Source: Octopus bimaculoides | Lineage: Eukaryota | NCBI RefSeq assembly: GCF_001194135.2 | Contig: NC_068991.1 | Location: forward strand, 52,886,718 to 52,950,717 | DNA length: 64,000 nucleotides | Direction: 5' to 3' | Part shown: positions 36,651 through 49,193 of the stretch, in pieces | How positions within the stretch are numbered: the first letter of the stretch is position 1 | Layout: each line of letters opens with the position of its first letter | Made by a program: the position numbers and the translations under genes | The notes under the pieces: model-generated | The model's input: the letters and a program-made list of their open reading frames with translations, nothing else | What the model was told of the DNA's origin: nothing | Database searches by the model: none

Positions 36651-37151
36651 GAAATGCCGATTTTTGCCAATTTTTTTTTCAGATTCGTAATCTCCGTACC
36701 CGAAAACGGGGGTTTCTATTAAAAAAAAAATTTTTAATAAGAAATAAAGCGGGTGGAGGGTACGAAAGGAAGTCTTGCCTTAAAGAGCAAACCAATGCTT
36801 AAGTTAAAATTTAATGACATCCACATCTCCAAGTTGGAAAATTTTTATTCCATTCTTCTTTTTAATCATCGGCGAACACAAGCTACGAAATCGTATCTAA
36901 TCTCGAATAAAACTGACATCAACGAAAGTTGTTTAGAGTTATCTTACTTGAAAACTCATCACCATGGTTGAATATAAATGTGACTGAATTTAGTGTTGCC
37001 TGAAGTACTGAAATGACATTTAGTAGGGGGTCTTGATTTATACTAATACACGCACACATACATCCTCATGGATGATGGTGGCTTAACAAGCCGATACTTC
37101 GTAATCATCAACAATATTCTTGTTTAAGAATAATAGATATATAAACAAGAT

Positions 37152-37220
37152 TAGAAATATTAATATAGTTTCAAAAATAGAAATATTAATATAGTTTCAA
37201 AAATAGAAATATTAATATTT
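37152..37220. repeat. 26-bp tandem repeat, about 2.6 units (TAGAAATATTAATATAGTTTCAAAAA)
   Basis: Units start at 37152, 37178 and 37204. Confidence 0.9.
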
Positions 37221-37266
37221 CTAAGTCTCTCTAAAGGAGACTACGGCAGCGGTACTGGATATTGAC

Positions 37267-37473
37267 AGTTATTGCCAAGCTAACATGGCAGTCCAGAAAA
37301 ATAAGGACTAATGCTTCCGTTGATTAGCTCGAAGAGGCCATCGCCTCTAGCTAGCTATGTGACACACGAACCTGTGTCCATTATAACCTTCGAACAGGGG
37401 AGGTCAGCCGCTTCCTCTTGGAGCTAATCAACGTCTTATTTTTCTGGTCTGCAATGTTAGCTTGGCAATAACT
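37267..37473. mobile_element. Small foldback or MITE with ~60-bp inverted arms
   Basis: AGTTATTGCCAAGCTAACAT...GTTGATTAGCTC.AAGAGG pairs with 37414-37473. No TSD was identified. Confidence 0.7.
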
Positions 37474-37978
37474 ATTAATATAAACAAGATTAATAGATAT
37501 ATAAATATGATCCAGGGATCCGAATGTAGGAAGTTTGTAAGCTTCAAGCAATAGGAGGAAGTATAGAGAAAACAATATACAATAAGATACAATAACAATT
37601 TGTTATCACCAAGAGTTATGTGTATATATATATATATATATATATTTCCCCATTTCGAAGTTGCAAAGAAATTCAATAAAGTGATAGTTTCTATACAGTT
37701 CACTGTTAAGAAGTTAGGAGCTAGTTTGTTTTTTTTTCCATTCGCAAAATATGCATTTTTTTAAAAGGAAGTAATAAATCTGAAAATTGGCTATAATAAT
37801 GTAGCTTTCCAGTCTCATTGATTTGCAGGTATGATGTTGAGAAAAAAAAATTGGAGAAAAAAGTTGCAGAGGTTTAAAAGTCGAAAAGTCACACCAATTT
37901 GAACTTCTAATTTGTCTCTTGAGGTCTCAGTGTGAGACTTGGAGTCAACTTGTACAAATACAAAACAAAAGTATATAC

Positions 37979-37980
<2 letters not shown>

Positions 37981-38030
<50 letters not shown>
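37981..38030. repeat. (AAT)n microsatellite
   Basis: Directly visible. Confidence 0.95.
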
Positions 38031-38034
<4 letters not shown>

Positions 38035-38600
38035 TTTAATCAAGGCAGCAAGTATTGTTGCAGCAGAAAATGAGGGTGTTGATGTCAAGAAAAAGAAATG
38101 TAATGGGAGTGACAAAAGAAAAGACCCATGGTGGAAAAAATGAATACAGGCAGTGTTAGATATGCTATCGAAGGAAATTTCTGTGTTAGACCGAGAAGAG
38201 AAAGAGGAGCTTAAAAGCGAACAAAAATACAGGGCGCTGAAAAGGAAGTATAATATTGAAAGAAAGGGCCTGAAAGTGGTAATAGAAGAACTGAAACAGC
38301 GCCTCGTTGCAAGGAAAGCAAAGATGGTAAGATATGAAGGGTTACCACCAGAATAGGTTATTCAGAGTAGATCAGAAGAGATTCTATAAAGAAATAAATG
38401 GAGAGTGTACAGATGAAAAGGTGATACCAGATAACAATGAAAGTCAATGGTTTTGGAGTGACCTCTGAAGCAAAGACAAAGAGCACAAGAAGGTTGCTGA
38501 ATGGTTGCAAGAACTGAAACAAACAGTAGTTTGTCCAAAACAGACAGAACTAGTCATTTCAGTAAGGGAAGTGCAGGAAATCAGCAAAAAAAAAAAAATG
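38031..38600 (+). mobile_element. R4/Dong-like non-LTR retrotransposon fragment (region N-terminal to RT)
   Basis: DPWWKK...KYNIERKGLKVVIEELKQRLVARKAKMVRYE...IPDNNESQWFWSDL...EHKKVAEWLQEL resembles R4-clade ORFs, recognised from memory. Confidence 0.65.
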
Positions 38601-41600
38601 ATTTCGAGGCCAACTCTGCAATTCTGCGAAGATTACTGAGGGAGCAACATCCACCCTGCTGTACGAGCGACAATGAGATGATGTAAGGAATACGAGGTTA
38701 GGCTATCACTTGTAGATTATGTACATAGATATAATTAGGGAGAGGGTGTACGTTGAAATCTTTTTATCGTTATTCAGTTGATGTAGATTTTTTTTTTTTT
38801 GGTATGTATATGTAGAGGAGGGGAAGCGTGCCTTGTGCATGGAATGATCGTGGGACCAGAGGGACATATGATGTTATGAGATGAGATAGCAGGTGAGGTA
38901 AGGAAGAAGCAGGTGTCACCAGCGAGTGTCAATTGGATGAGCATTGAACTAGCGGGGGAATGTTCTCAACTTGTCGTAAAGCTGTTTTTATTCCTTTTGT
39001 GGTGTAACATGGTATCTCTATTTCCTACTGTTTGTAGTGACGTCATATGGCGCCAAAAAGGCATAGTCGCCATTACTCCATCTTTAACCACGCATGCGTG
39101 GATTTCGACATCCAAGCGTTCCCGCTTCTATTCTCACTCTTACCACGCCAGACAGCGAACAAGCAAGACGGTCTAAAACAAGCTCTCATTGAGTGTGAAA
39201 GAAGGAAGTTGTCTCTCCAACGATTCATCTCTAGGGACAGTACATCTACATTCAGGCTATATATTTTCCACCATAAATAAATATTGTTGTTGATCAGTTT
39301 GGAGTTCTGCGTTCTGTTCACTTCTAATTTAATATAGGAAAGTCAGGTGTACATCTAATGATGTATAACCCACTTTCCTAAATGTTAAAGTAAGAACGAA
39401 TAGTTTTCCCCTTTGATCACCTAATACCCATCACAAAATCTTTGGCGGTAAAGTCGACATAAATTCGACCCAAAATAGTAGCACAGAAGCAAAATCATTT
39501 TCATATCCTGAAGATGATATCAGCGACACCATTTTAGTAACTATTGTTCTCAGTAAATCAGGTACGTTTATGTAGGTGGTTGCTGTGTGTGATTATATGC
39601 CTAACATTCCCTTTCCTCTACTCTCACCGCTATCATATTCCCTCTGATATACATACCTCTCTCTTTCTCACTCTATAACACCTTTAAGTTCGTTAACGAG
39701 AAATGTTTTTGAGTACGGACATAAAAGCTCCTATGCTTTCATGTCAGCTACGGCCTAGCGATTCCAACTTCCAACAACAGTTTTATGGGATCGTATCAAG
39801 CTGTGCCGATATAACGTAGAATAAATATAGTGATAATAATAATGATCCATGGATGGAATGTATAAATATACTAGCTAACCTTGGGCCGTCAAAAATAACG
39901 GCTAATTGTAGTATTTTATATATGAATAAGGTACATAATAATCACACATACAAACATTCACATTCTTCCCTTGTACATGCACACACATATACTCAAACAG
40001 AGTTGAAAGCAGTTTAACTTTTCTTTTCAGCGTTGAACATTCACCATCCCATTTCCATTGCACACACACACACACACACACACATACTCACACACATTCA
40101 CATACCTCCCTTTTACATACTCACACATATACTCACACTGAGTTGAAACGCTGATTTTTTTCACCCCTTCCTTTCTCTATTACTATTACTTTCTCTCACT
40201 CTCTCTCAGTCAGGGCTATTACTCTCACTACTTCTCCTTCACTAAACTACTATTTTCTTCTCTCCCTTCACTGATACATTTTCCCCATTGTACGCCGGTT
40301 TGGTTATTTATAAAGATACCCGAAAAAAACCGCATACCTCGGTAACCCGTGGTCCGATTTTCGCAAAACTTGTTTTATTCCGTTTGTACTCACATGAGCA
40401 TCCGATTCCTGATCTCTCCTGCTTCTGTCTCTTCCCCTCTGTCTCACCAGACTCTCAGCCCTTGCTTTATCAGTTTCATCGATCTTGGATAAATATTTCG
40501 TAAAGGACCCGTTCGTACNNNNNNNNNNNNNNNNNNNNNNNNNNNNNNNNNNNNNNNNNNNNNNNNNNNNNNNNNNNNNNNNNNNNNNNNNNNNNNNNNN
40601 NNNNNNNNNNNNNNNNNNNNNNNNNNNNNNNNNNNNNNNNNNNNNNNNNNNNNNNNNNNNNNNNNNNNNNNNNNNNNNNNNNNNNNNNNNNNNNNNNNNN
40701 NNNNNNNNNNNNNNNNNNNNNNNNNNNNNNNNNNNNNNNNNNNNNNNNNNNNNNNNNNNNNNNNNNNNNNNNNNNNNNNNNNNNNNNNNNNNNNNNNNNN
40801 NNNNNNNNNNNNNNNNNNNNNNNNNNNNNNNNNNNNNNNNNNNNNNNNNNNNNNNNNNNNNNNNNNNNNNNNNNNNNNNNNNNNNNNNNNNNNNNNNNNN
40901 NNNNNNNNNNNNNNNNNNNNNNNNNNNNNNNNNNNNNNNNNNNNNNNNNNNNNNNNNNNNNNNNNNNNNNNNNNNNNNNNNNNNNNNNNNNNNNNNNNNN
41001 NNNNNNNNNNNNNNNNNNNNNNNNNNNNNNNNNNNNNNNNNNNNNNNNNNNNNNNNNNNNNNATCTTAAGTAATTGTTACGTGGTAGCAGGGTATGCTAG
41101 AAATAGCAGCCAAATCTTTGGAGGTGAGATACGTTGAACACACTTGAAAAAACCTATAGAAAAAAATTATTTCACACCGAGGTTACAAACGGGTCTTTTA
41201 AGAATATTTACTGTATTTTAAAAGTCATTTTCAATTAAAAATATTTTTTAAATATGCAAAAAAAAAAATGTTTATAATGGTATTCACTTGAAAATAATTT
41301 TTAAAAAATTAAAATATTGTCTGTTTAAAGAAAGCTAAAATATAAATACTTACTGTACAAACAACTTACATTTTTGAAATCACATTCACTTTAAAATATT
41401 TCTAAATGATTAAAATACTGTGTTTAACAAAAGCGAAAATAGAAACATTTACTGTAAAAACAACTCGTATTTTTTCGCTGGCAAGTTAAAGTCACTAAAA
41501 AACATCGCATCCATGACGTCAACACACATACAGAATACACACACATATAATGAATGTCATGGCGTGTCAATCAACACAAACACACGTCCGCTGTCTGTGA

Positions 41601-41855
41601 CATATGCACACATATAACGTGTCTAATCGAAAGGTTAGAGTTTCTTCCCTTCCAGGGTCAAGTTACTTTCGGAGTATTTTCCCATTAGGCACCCCACCGC
41701 ATATCTCAAGAACCAGTGGTCTGATTTATGCGAAACTCGCTTTCACATTTCAGGGGTACTTTACTTTCAAAGTATTTTCCCCTTATGCGCCAGTTTGGCT
41801 GTGTAACATTCAAAGCAAACAAACAAGATTGAAGTTCATTTTTAATAGTATATAT

Positions 41856-41967
41856 ATATATATTAAAAATGGTGAAGACTGGTTTATGGGATTACCTTAG
41901 GTTTCCCGTACATAAAAGGAAACTTAAGGTAATCCCATAAACTGGCCTTCCCATTTTTAATATATAT
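41856..41967. repeat. ~50-bp-arm near-perfect hairpin inside a (TA)n tract
   Basis: TATTAAAAATGG...GTTTATGGGATTACCTTAGGTTTCC, an 11-nt loop, then GGAAACTTAAGGTAATCCCATAAAC...CCATTTTTAATA. Confidence 0.85.
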
Positions 41968-42424
41968 TGCTCTACATCTTAGAGTGTGCTTCTTCTTTCG
42001 GGTTAATGTTCTTTACAAACGATATACATCTTGATAATACTAAAACTCTAAAGATATTTGTGTGTACTCCAAATATCTCAGTAATGCAGTACAAATTTTT
42101 GTGATATTTGGGACTCTATTTATTAAGGAAAATGATTAAACACAATTTTTGTTCATTATTTCTTGACGAAAAAAAAAATATATATATATATATCGCATCC
42201 ATGACGTCAACATACATACAGAATAATACACACACATATAATGAACGTCATGGCATGTCAATCAGCACAAATACACGTCCGCTATCTGTGACATATACAC
42301 ACACATAGTCCTCGTGTTCTCTAAGGAAAAAAGTCGACTTTTTGACGTACACAATATTTTAATCATTTAAAAATATGTTTAACTGAATGTAATTTTAAAA
42401 ATGTAAGTTGATTGTACAGTAAGT

Positions 42425-42595
42425 GGCGGAGGTAAAGAATACGTACACTACCCGTTTTCGGCGTAACAAAACTCTAATCCTAACCCTAACCCTAATCCAA
42501 ACCCTAAACCATAACCCTAAATCCTAATCCTAACACTAACTCTAAACCCTAACCCTAGCCCTAAACACTGAGTGTACGTATTCTTTACTTTCGCC
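42425..42595. mobile_element. 171-bp MITE with 25-bp TIRs, 8-bp TSD and an internal degenerate (CCCTAA)n telomeric repeat (Merlin-like termini)
   Basis: TSD CAGTAAGT at 42417-24 and 42596-603; TIR GGCGGAGGTAAAGAATACGTACACT / AGTGTACGTATTCTTTACTTTCGCC. Confidence 0.9.
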
Positions 42596-42665
42596 CAGTA
42601 AGTATTTATACCTTAGATTTCTTTAAACAGACAATATTTTAATGTTTTAAAAATTATTTTCGAGT

Positions 42666-43215
42666 GGCGATCTTTCGCTTATCATCCGGAGTTCGTTAAT
42701 TTCCGTAACATTTTATTTATTTATTTACTTTTGTTTTAAAGTGAAAGAGAGGAGAAAGTGAAAGAGAGGAGAAAGTGAAAGAGAGGAGAAAGTGAAAGAT
42801 GTATGTACGTGTATATGAAATGGACGCGTGTGTGAGAAAGAGAGAGGGAGAGAGAGAGAGAGAGAAAGAGAGGGAAAGAGAGAGTGCGCGAAGGGGTGTG
42901 TTATCATGTATCCGTACATACATCAATACATATGCGTACATCTTTTTTGTATGTACGTGTGCATGTGTGTATGAGAGAGAGTGAGTGATTGAACGTGTGT
43001 GCTCTCATGTATGTATAAGTCATACTCTCTCTCTCCCTATCTATCTCTCTCTCACACATACAAACGTTCATTTCATATACACGTTCATACATCTTTCACT
43101 TTCTCCTCCTTTTCACTTTAAAGCAAAAGTAAATAAAAAAAAAAATTTACAGAAATAAACGAACAAAACCAGCTGATGCGGATGACAGTTCTTAGAGTCA
43201 AAGCGAAAGATCGCC
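42666..43215. mobile_element. MITE with perfect 15-bp TIRs (GGCGATCTTTCGCTT) and long subterminal inverted arms
   Basis: TIRs at 42666-80 and 43201-15; 42690-42870 pairs with 43020-43170. A 17-bp unit occurs three times in the left arm. No TSD was found. A related partial copy lies at about 33500-33600. Confidence 0.75.
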
Positions 43216-43713
43216 CTAAAAGGAATACCATTACAAAACATTTTTCGAGTGCATTCAACGTATCGCAGCTCCAAAGATTTGGCTGCGATTTCTAGCATGC
43301 CCTGATCCCACGTATCAGCTACTTGCGATGAAGGACCCGAAATACCTGTTACATGGTAGCAGGGTGTACAAGAAATAGCAGCCAAATCCTTCCTTTTCTG
43401 GGGAAAGGAGCCGTTTACGCGTGATTTCGCTATTTCGGTGTCACATTCGCCGAAAGCATGTGAAATAACCCGGTAAAGGAAAAAACCCCACGAAATAAAA
43501 CTCTGCTGGGAAACTCAGACTTTCCAGGTGCCCCAACGGGGTAGTCTAGTCTAGTCTAGTCTAGTATATATANNNNNNNNNNNNNNNNNNNNNNNNNNNN
43601 NNNNNNNNNNNNNNAAAGATTGCCTTAAGATACATAGCGTATTTTATTAATATGCCTGTTCAAGTATTATAGCATGAAACTATTAGTAGCTCTTTTGGTT
43701 GTGTATTGAATTT

Positions 43714-43768
<55 letters not shown>

Positions 43769-46309
43769 TATCCGAAATATATAGTATTATATATCCATCA
43801 CAGCAGATCTTACCAATTGGCTAATCTTACCAATCGGAAATTGCGGAAAAAGATATTAATTCGCACATTCACACATTGCAAATATAATCTGTAGGTGGAA
43901 CAGTAAAATTATTCAAAACTTTACTCAAATTTAAAATGTGACAGTTTTTGTTATCAGCATCCCAATGGTAGAGCATTGTATCTTTGTCAGAAACCAATTT
44001 CTTCCTTACAAGAGGATATCAAATAATTAAAAGTAAAAGATAACACACAAACACACACACGAATGCATACATACATATACATTTGCATATGGTGGTTATT
44101 TCCTATAAAAAAATAAATAACAAGTTTCAAGGATACAGATAAACTCAAAAGGTTGATTTTTATTGGATGTGTTTTGAGTGCAGCTGTCCACTCCTTTGAA
44201 CTATAAAAATCAAGTTTGGAGGAGCATTGCAAACGACATCCATTTTCCAAGTTAATGACGGTCTAACCGGATATTATATTAGTTTTAAGAGAACTACCAA
44301 CTTCCAAATGGCAGCAACCAATGGTGAAACTGAATTCACTAGTGTCTAGGAGACACGCCTAAAGAAAACGGAAGAGGATGTCAAAGAAGAGTTTTAGGAA
44401 AGAATCCATTCATGTATTTGACGCAACACATCCATCTTATCATTTAACGAAATAAAATTACACAAGGAAACTATTGGAGCTCTCTTAACATTCTCTGAAT
44501 AGCCTCGGTTTCTAACATTATGTAGAACGTGACGTTTGTCCAGGTTGAAAGTATCTTCTTTGTCAGTTAGGAAACTGATATTTTAAGACTAACTTTTTCA
44601 CTCTCTCATCATTGCTATTGATTTAATTAAAGACTGCTTCAGCAATATTCCCATCCATATCATAATAAAAGCCCCCCCACCCCGCTTACTGCTATAGTCT
44701 CTTGTGTATGCTTCAATATTTAGACCAAAACAATATCATCACACCTTTTAATACTGAGCTGCCTGCATAACAAAGATTATCTTCTTGAATTAATTCGTAC
44801 TTCGATCTTATTACAACTTACAATCAACCAAATGGAATTATTGGTTGTTGATGGTACTTGTAATTGACGAACTACCATCTATTTGATTGCAATTTTTTGG
44901 TTAAACCCGATGGAGATTATTAGTTAAGGTTAAACCTTTCCATGATTTAATTTGAAGATAGGCAGCAAGATGATAATATTAAGCTTTTAAACACGCGCAC
45001 ACGCGATTACATAGAAGGCTCTACAATCAATAATGGGAATTTCTAATGTAAGGGGGAAATCATATGTATATATATATACATATGTATATATATATATANN
45101 NNNNNNNNNNNNNNNNNNNNNNNNNNNNNNNNNNNNNNNNNNNNNNNNNNNNNNNNNNNNNNNNNNNNNNNNNNNNNNNNNNNNNNNNNNNNNNNNNNNN
45201 NNNNNNNNNNNNNNNNNNNNNNNNNNNNNNNNNNNNNNNNNNNNNNNNNNNNNNNNNNNNNNNNNNNNNNNNNNNNNNNNNNNNNNNNNNNNNNNNNNNN
45301 NNNNNNNNNNNNNNNNNNNNNNNNNNNNNNNNNNNNNNNNNNNNNNNNNNNNNNNNNNNNNNNNNNNNNNNNNNNNNNNNNNNNNNNNNNNNNNNNNNNN
45401 NNNNNNNNNNNNNNNNNNNNNNNNNNNNNNNNNNNNNNNNNNNNNNNNNNNNNNNNNNNNNNNNNNNNNNNNNNNNNNNNNNNNNNNNNNNNNNNNNNNN
45501 NNNNNNNNNNNNNNNNNNNNNNNNNNNNNNNNNNNNNNNNNNNNNNNNNNNNNNNNNNNNNNNNNNNNNNNNNNNNNNNNNNNNNNNNNNNNNNNNNNNN
45601 NNNNNNNNNNNNNNNNNNNNNNNNNNNNNNNNNNNNNNNNNNNNNNNNNNNNNNNNNNNNNNNNNNNNNNNNNNNNNNNNNNNNNNNNNNNNNNNNNNNN
45701 NNNNNNNNNNNNNNNNNNNNNNNNNNNNNNNNNNNNNNNNNNNNNNNNNNNNNNNNNNNNNNNNNNNNNNNNNNNNNNNNNNNNNNNNNNNNNNNNNNNN
45801 NNNNNNNNNNNNNNNNNNNNNNNNNNNNNNNNNNNNNNNNNNNNNNNNNNNNNNNNNNNNNNNNNNNNNNNNNNNNNNNNNNNNNNNNNNNNNNNNNNNN
45901 NNNNNNNNNNNNNNNNNNNNNNNNNNNNNNNNNNNNNNNNNNNNNNNNNNNNNNNNNNNNNNNNNNNNNNNNNNNNNNNNNNNNNNNNNNNNNNNNNNNN
46001 NNNNNNNNNNNNNNNNNNNNNNNNNNNNNNNNNNNNNNNNNNNNNNNNNNNNNNNNNNNNNNNNNNNNNNNNNNATATATATATATATATATATATACAC
46101 ATACATATACGTACGTATATACGCACGTACATTAATACATATATACATACACATGCAGACAAACATACATAAATACATACATACATACATGCATGCATGT
46201 GTTTGTGCGTCTGTGTGTGTCTGCGTGTGCGTTTGCGTGCGCTCTTGTATGTATATGTAATTGTTTTTACTAGTTTCAGCTCGAGAGCTGCAGCCATACT
46301 GGGGCACCG

Positions 46310-47060
46310 CCGTTAGCTTTGCTACGCTTTCTCTAACCTCCTCTGATATGTGGAATTTGGTGAATGAGTGAGTTTGATATTGCTGCTCTCATTTGAGTTT
46401 CTTATCGCGTGGTAGGTTCAACCGGAACTCTTGACTGGAGGAGATCCAGTTTTGCTTTGAAGACACTTACATTCACCGCATGTAGGTCTCTCGGAATTTG
46501 TGGAAGAATATTCAAGGCGTGTGGGCCCTTGAAACCCAAGCTGTTGCAGTATCTGGTCCTGTAGCCTGATGGCAATATTGGGGATTTTGGTACTATGCAG
46601 TGGCGCCCCGTTCTGCTGTTCGTGTAACTTACAATGCAAAAGTTTGCTACAAGTTCTTGGATTTTTCAGATGTGCATCACTCCAAATCTTTCCACTTTCG
46701 TTCTAGTGAGTAGAGTCTTAATTTTTTCTCCCATTAGCAGGTATGTTACATTGAGACGATCTTCTTCGTGTAGCTTCGAGTTCCGTTAACTTTACACTGT
46801 GATGACGATAGTTAGGAGCAGTAATCTAAACGGCTGAGGACAAGTGTCCTCCAGAAGACAATCATGGTATCCTGTTCTCTCGTTCTGAATGTTCTAAGGA
46901 TCCATCCGGCCAGCTGTCTGCATTTTATTGCCAACTTTCTAATATGCACCTGGAAAGATACATCATTACTCATGTCAATGCCCAACTCGCACATTGATTT
47001 TGATTCAGAGATTGCAATCCTTCCTGGGGCAATTTATTTTGTCTGCTTCTCATTGAACCT
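46310..47060 (-). mobile_element. CR1/L2-like LINE 3' fragment
   Basis: LGIDMSNDVSFQVHIRKLAIKCRQLAGWILRTFRTREQDTMIVFWRTLVLSRLDYCS, and downstream LGFQGP.RL. Confidence 0.85.
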
Positions 47061-48605
47061 GCGTGATGGTGTGATGTGATGTGATGTGGTGTTGTGTGAT
47101 ATGGTGGTGTGTGGTGTGATGGTGTTGGGTGGTGGGGAGGTGAGAGTGGGGAAATCAAGGGTGGATCAGGCTGAGGGTGAAGGTAGAGATGGGGTATGTG
47201 GGTAGGCAGAGGGTGGGGTATATGGGAGTGGGTGTAAGGGATGGGAAGGTGGGTTTGGAATGTGTAGGGGTGGGTGGGGTTNNNNNNNNNNNNNNNNNNN
47301 NNNNNNNNNNNNNNNNNNNNNNNNNNNNNNNNNNNNNNNNNNNNNNNNNNNNNNNNNNNNNNNNNNNNNNNNNNNNNNNNNNNNNNNNNNNNNNNNNNNN
47401 NNNNNNNNNNNNNNNNNNNNNNNNNNNNNNNNNNNNNNNNNNNNNNNNNNNNNNNNNNNNNNNNNNNNNNNNNNNNNNNNNNNNNNNNNNNNNNNNNNNN
47501 NNNNNNNNNNNNNNNNNNNNNNNNNNNNNNNNNNNNNNNNNNNNNNNNNNNNNNNNNNNNNNNNNNNNNNNNNNNNNNNNNNNNNNNNNNNNNNNNNNNN
47601 NNNNNNNNNNNNNNNNNNNNNNNNNNNNNNNNNNNNNNNNNNNNNNNNNNNNNNNNNNNNNNNNNNNNNNNNNNNNNNNNNNNNNNNNNNNNNNNNNNNN
47701 NNNNNNNNNNNNNNNNNNNNNNNNNNNNNNNNNNNNNNNNNNNNNNNNNNNNNNNNNNNNNNNNNNNNNNNNNNNNNNNNNNNNNNNNNNNNNNNNNNNC
47801 CTTTTTATTTAAACGTGTCACACGGTCGAACACAAAATATTATATCAAAGATGATATACATAAAATATGTTATACTACGATAACATAGATGACCAGTAAT
47901 GAAAGACCACAACCGTATAAGATGAATAACAGAGACATTTATTATGGCGTTAAAGATGTATGTGTATGTGAGAGTGTGAATGCGACATATAAGAACATAA
48001 TCAAAGACAGGCCGTCGTACAAAGAAAAGTATGTATGTGAGTGATACATGTATGTGTATGTGAGTTATTACAGCAGATAGAAAGAGAGTCAATAACACGT
48101 GAGCATTTATACCAGTTCTTTGAATACACAATTGGAAGAGTCTGTATGTGAAAGGAGTTGAGGCTGTGTGTGAATACCCAATTATTAATACACAAGTGTT
48201 TTTTCATTGCATGGTAATTACACTACTGAATGTAATAAATGGAGGTTATTTTACCCTTTTTTTTGTTTTTATTTACATATATTTTTTATATGTATTTTTG
48301 CCTAATTTGTTGTTCATGTTATCGGTTATCCATTAACCAACCATAACAAAGTCATGGCCTTTCAAAACAATAGATGACCAATTAGATTACGGGACTGACC
48401 AAAACCCCCTCCCCACTTCCCGCAGGATTTCAGTTACACGATAAACAAAAAGTAACGGAAAATAATAAAGTATCTTTATTAATACCCGGAAATTTATTAC
48501 TTTTAGTATCGACTAATATCACAGGTATTAATATAAACTCTAACCCACTTATTGTGGACCGTTACCCCAAGCCCTCAATAGAAAACATATCGGATGTTTA
48601 TATGC

Positions 48606-48637
<32 letters not shown>

Positions 48638-49068
48638 TTGTGTATAATTATTATAATTATATAAAAAGAAAAATACGAACTACTACAGTAACCATCCCTT
48701 CTCAACACTGGAAATATGTATGTACCTATGGGTATGTATGTACGTAAATATACATATGTGTGTGTGTGTGTGTATGTGTATGTGTGTGTATGCATTCCTC
48801 ATTTATATACCTTTTCATTCCTACATAACCTCAATAATCTTAAGATATATTGATTATTTAAATTCCACTATTATTTCTCTTTTGATAATTTCACTTTCCT
48901 CTGTTTTTACTTTATCTAATAAGAATAATATAATACACCTAATAATAATAATAACTGGTTCCTTTGTATGCATATACATATAAATGTATAAATAAGTATT
49001 TATGTATATGTAAAAGTGTGTATATATGTATGTATTTATATCTATAACTTAACCTTATGAACTTTCTA

Positions 49069-49193
49069 ATCTCGCTGACGAAGCCCAGAGGCACTCTCAA
49101 GTACCTTAATCTTATCTACCAAATACTTCAGTTCACTGAAGGATGGAAGTAAAGTGGGGTACTATGGCCTCTTGGTTGAAACAGCTGTAAGAT
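49069..49193 (+). ncRNA. Type I hammerhead ribozyme motif with ~95-nt extended stem II
   Basis: CTGACGA (49075-81), an 11-bp stem AGCCCAGAGGC/GCCTCTTGGTT, and GAAAC-AGCT-GTA-AGAT (49178-93) with palindromic ACAGCTGT. The stem I partner ATCT is offset by 2 nt. Confidence 0.7.

Larger units (their letters stand above)
41079..43318. mobile_element. Large nested foldback structure: outer inverted arms with MITE insertions in the right arm
   Basis: 41079-41150 pairs with 43240-43318; 41283-41355 pairs with 42596-42665; 41350-41420 pairs with 42345-42424. A direct repeat lies at 41504-41614 and 42192-42307. Confidence 0.8.

Noticed and set aside
40290-40518. CGCATA.CTC...AACC..TGGTCCGATTT...AAACT motif, also at about 41695-41745
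   Set aside because: It is probably a fragment of a non-autonomous Helitron- or MITE-like repeat, but the termini are lost to the gap and it cannot be classified.
42472-42565. True telomere or chromosome-fusion scar
   Set aside because: The tract is short, degenerate and bounded by TIRs and a TSD, so it is MITE cargo.
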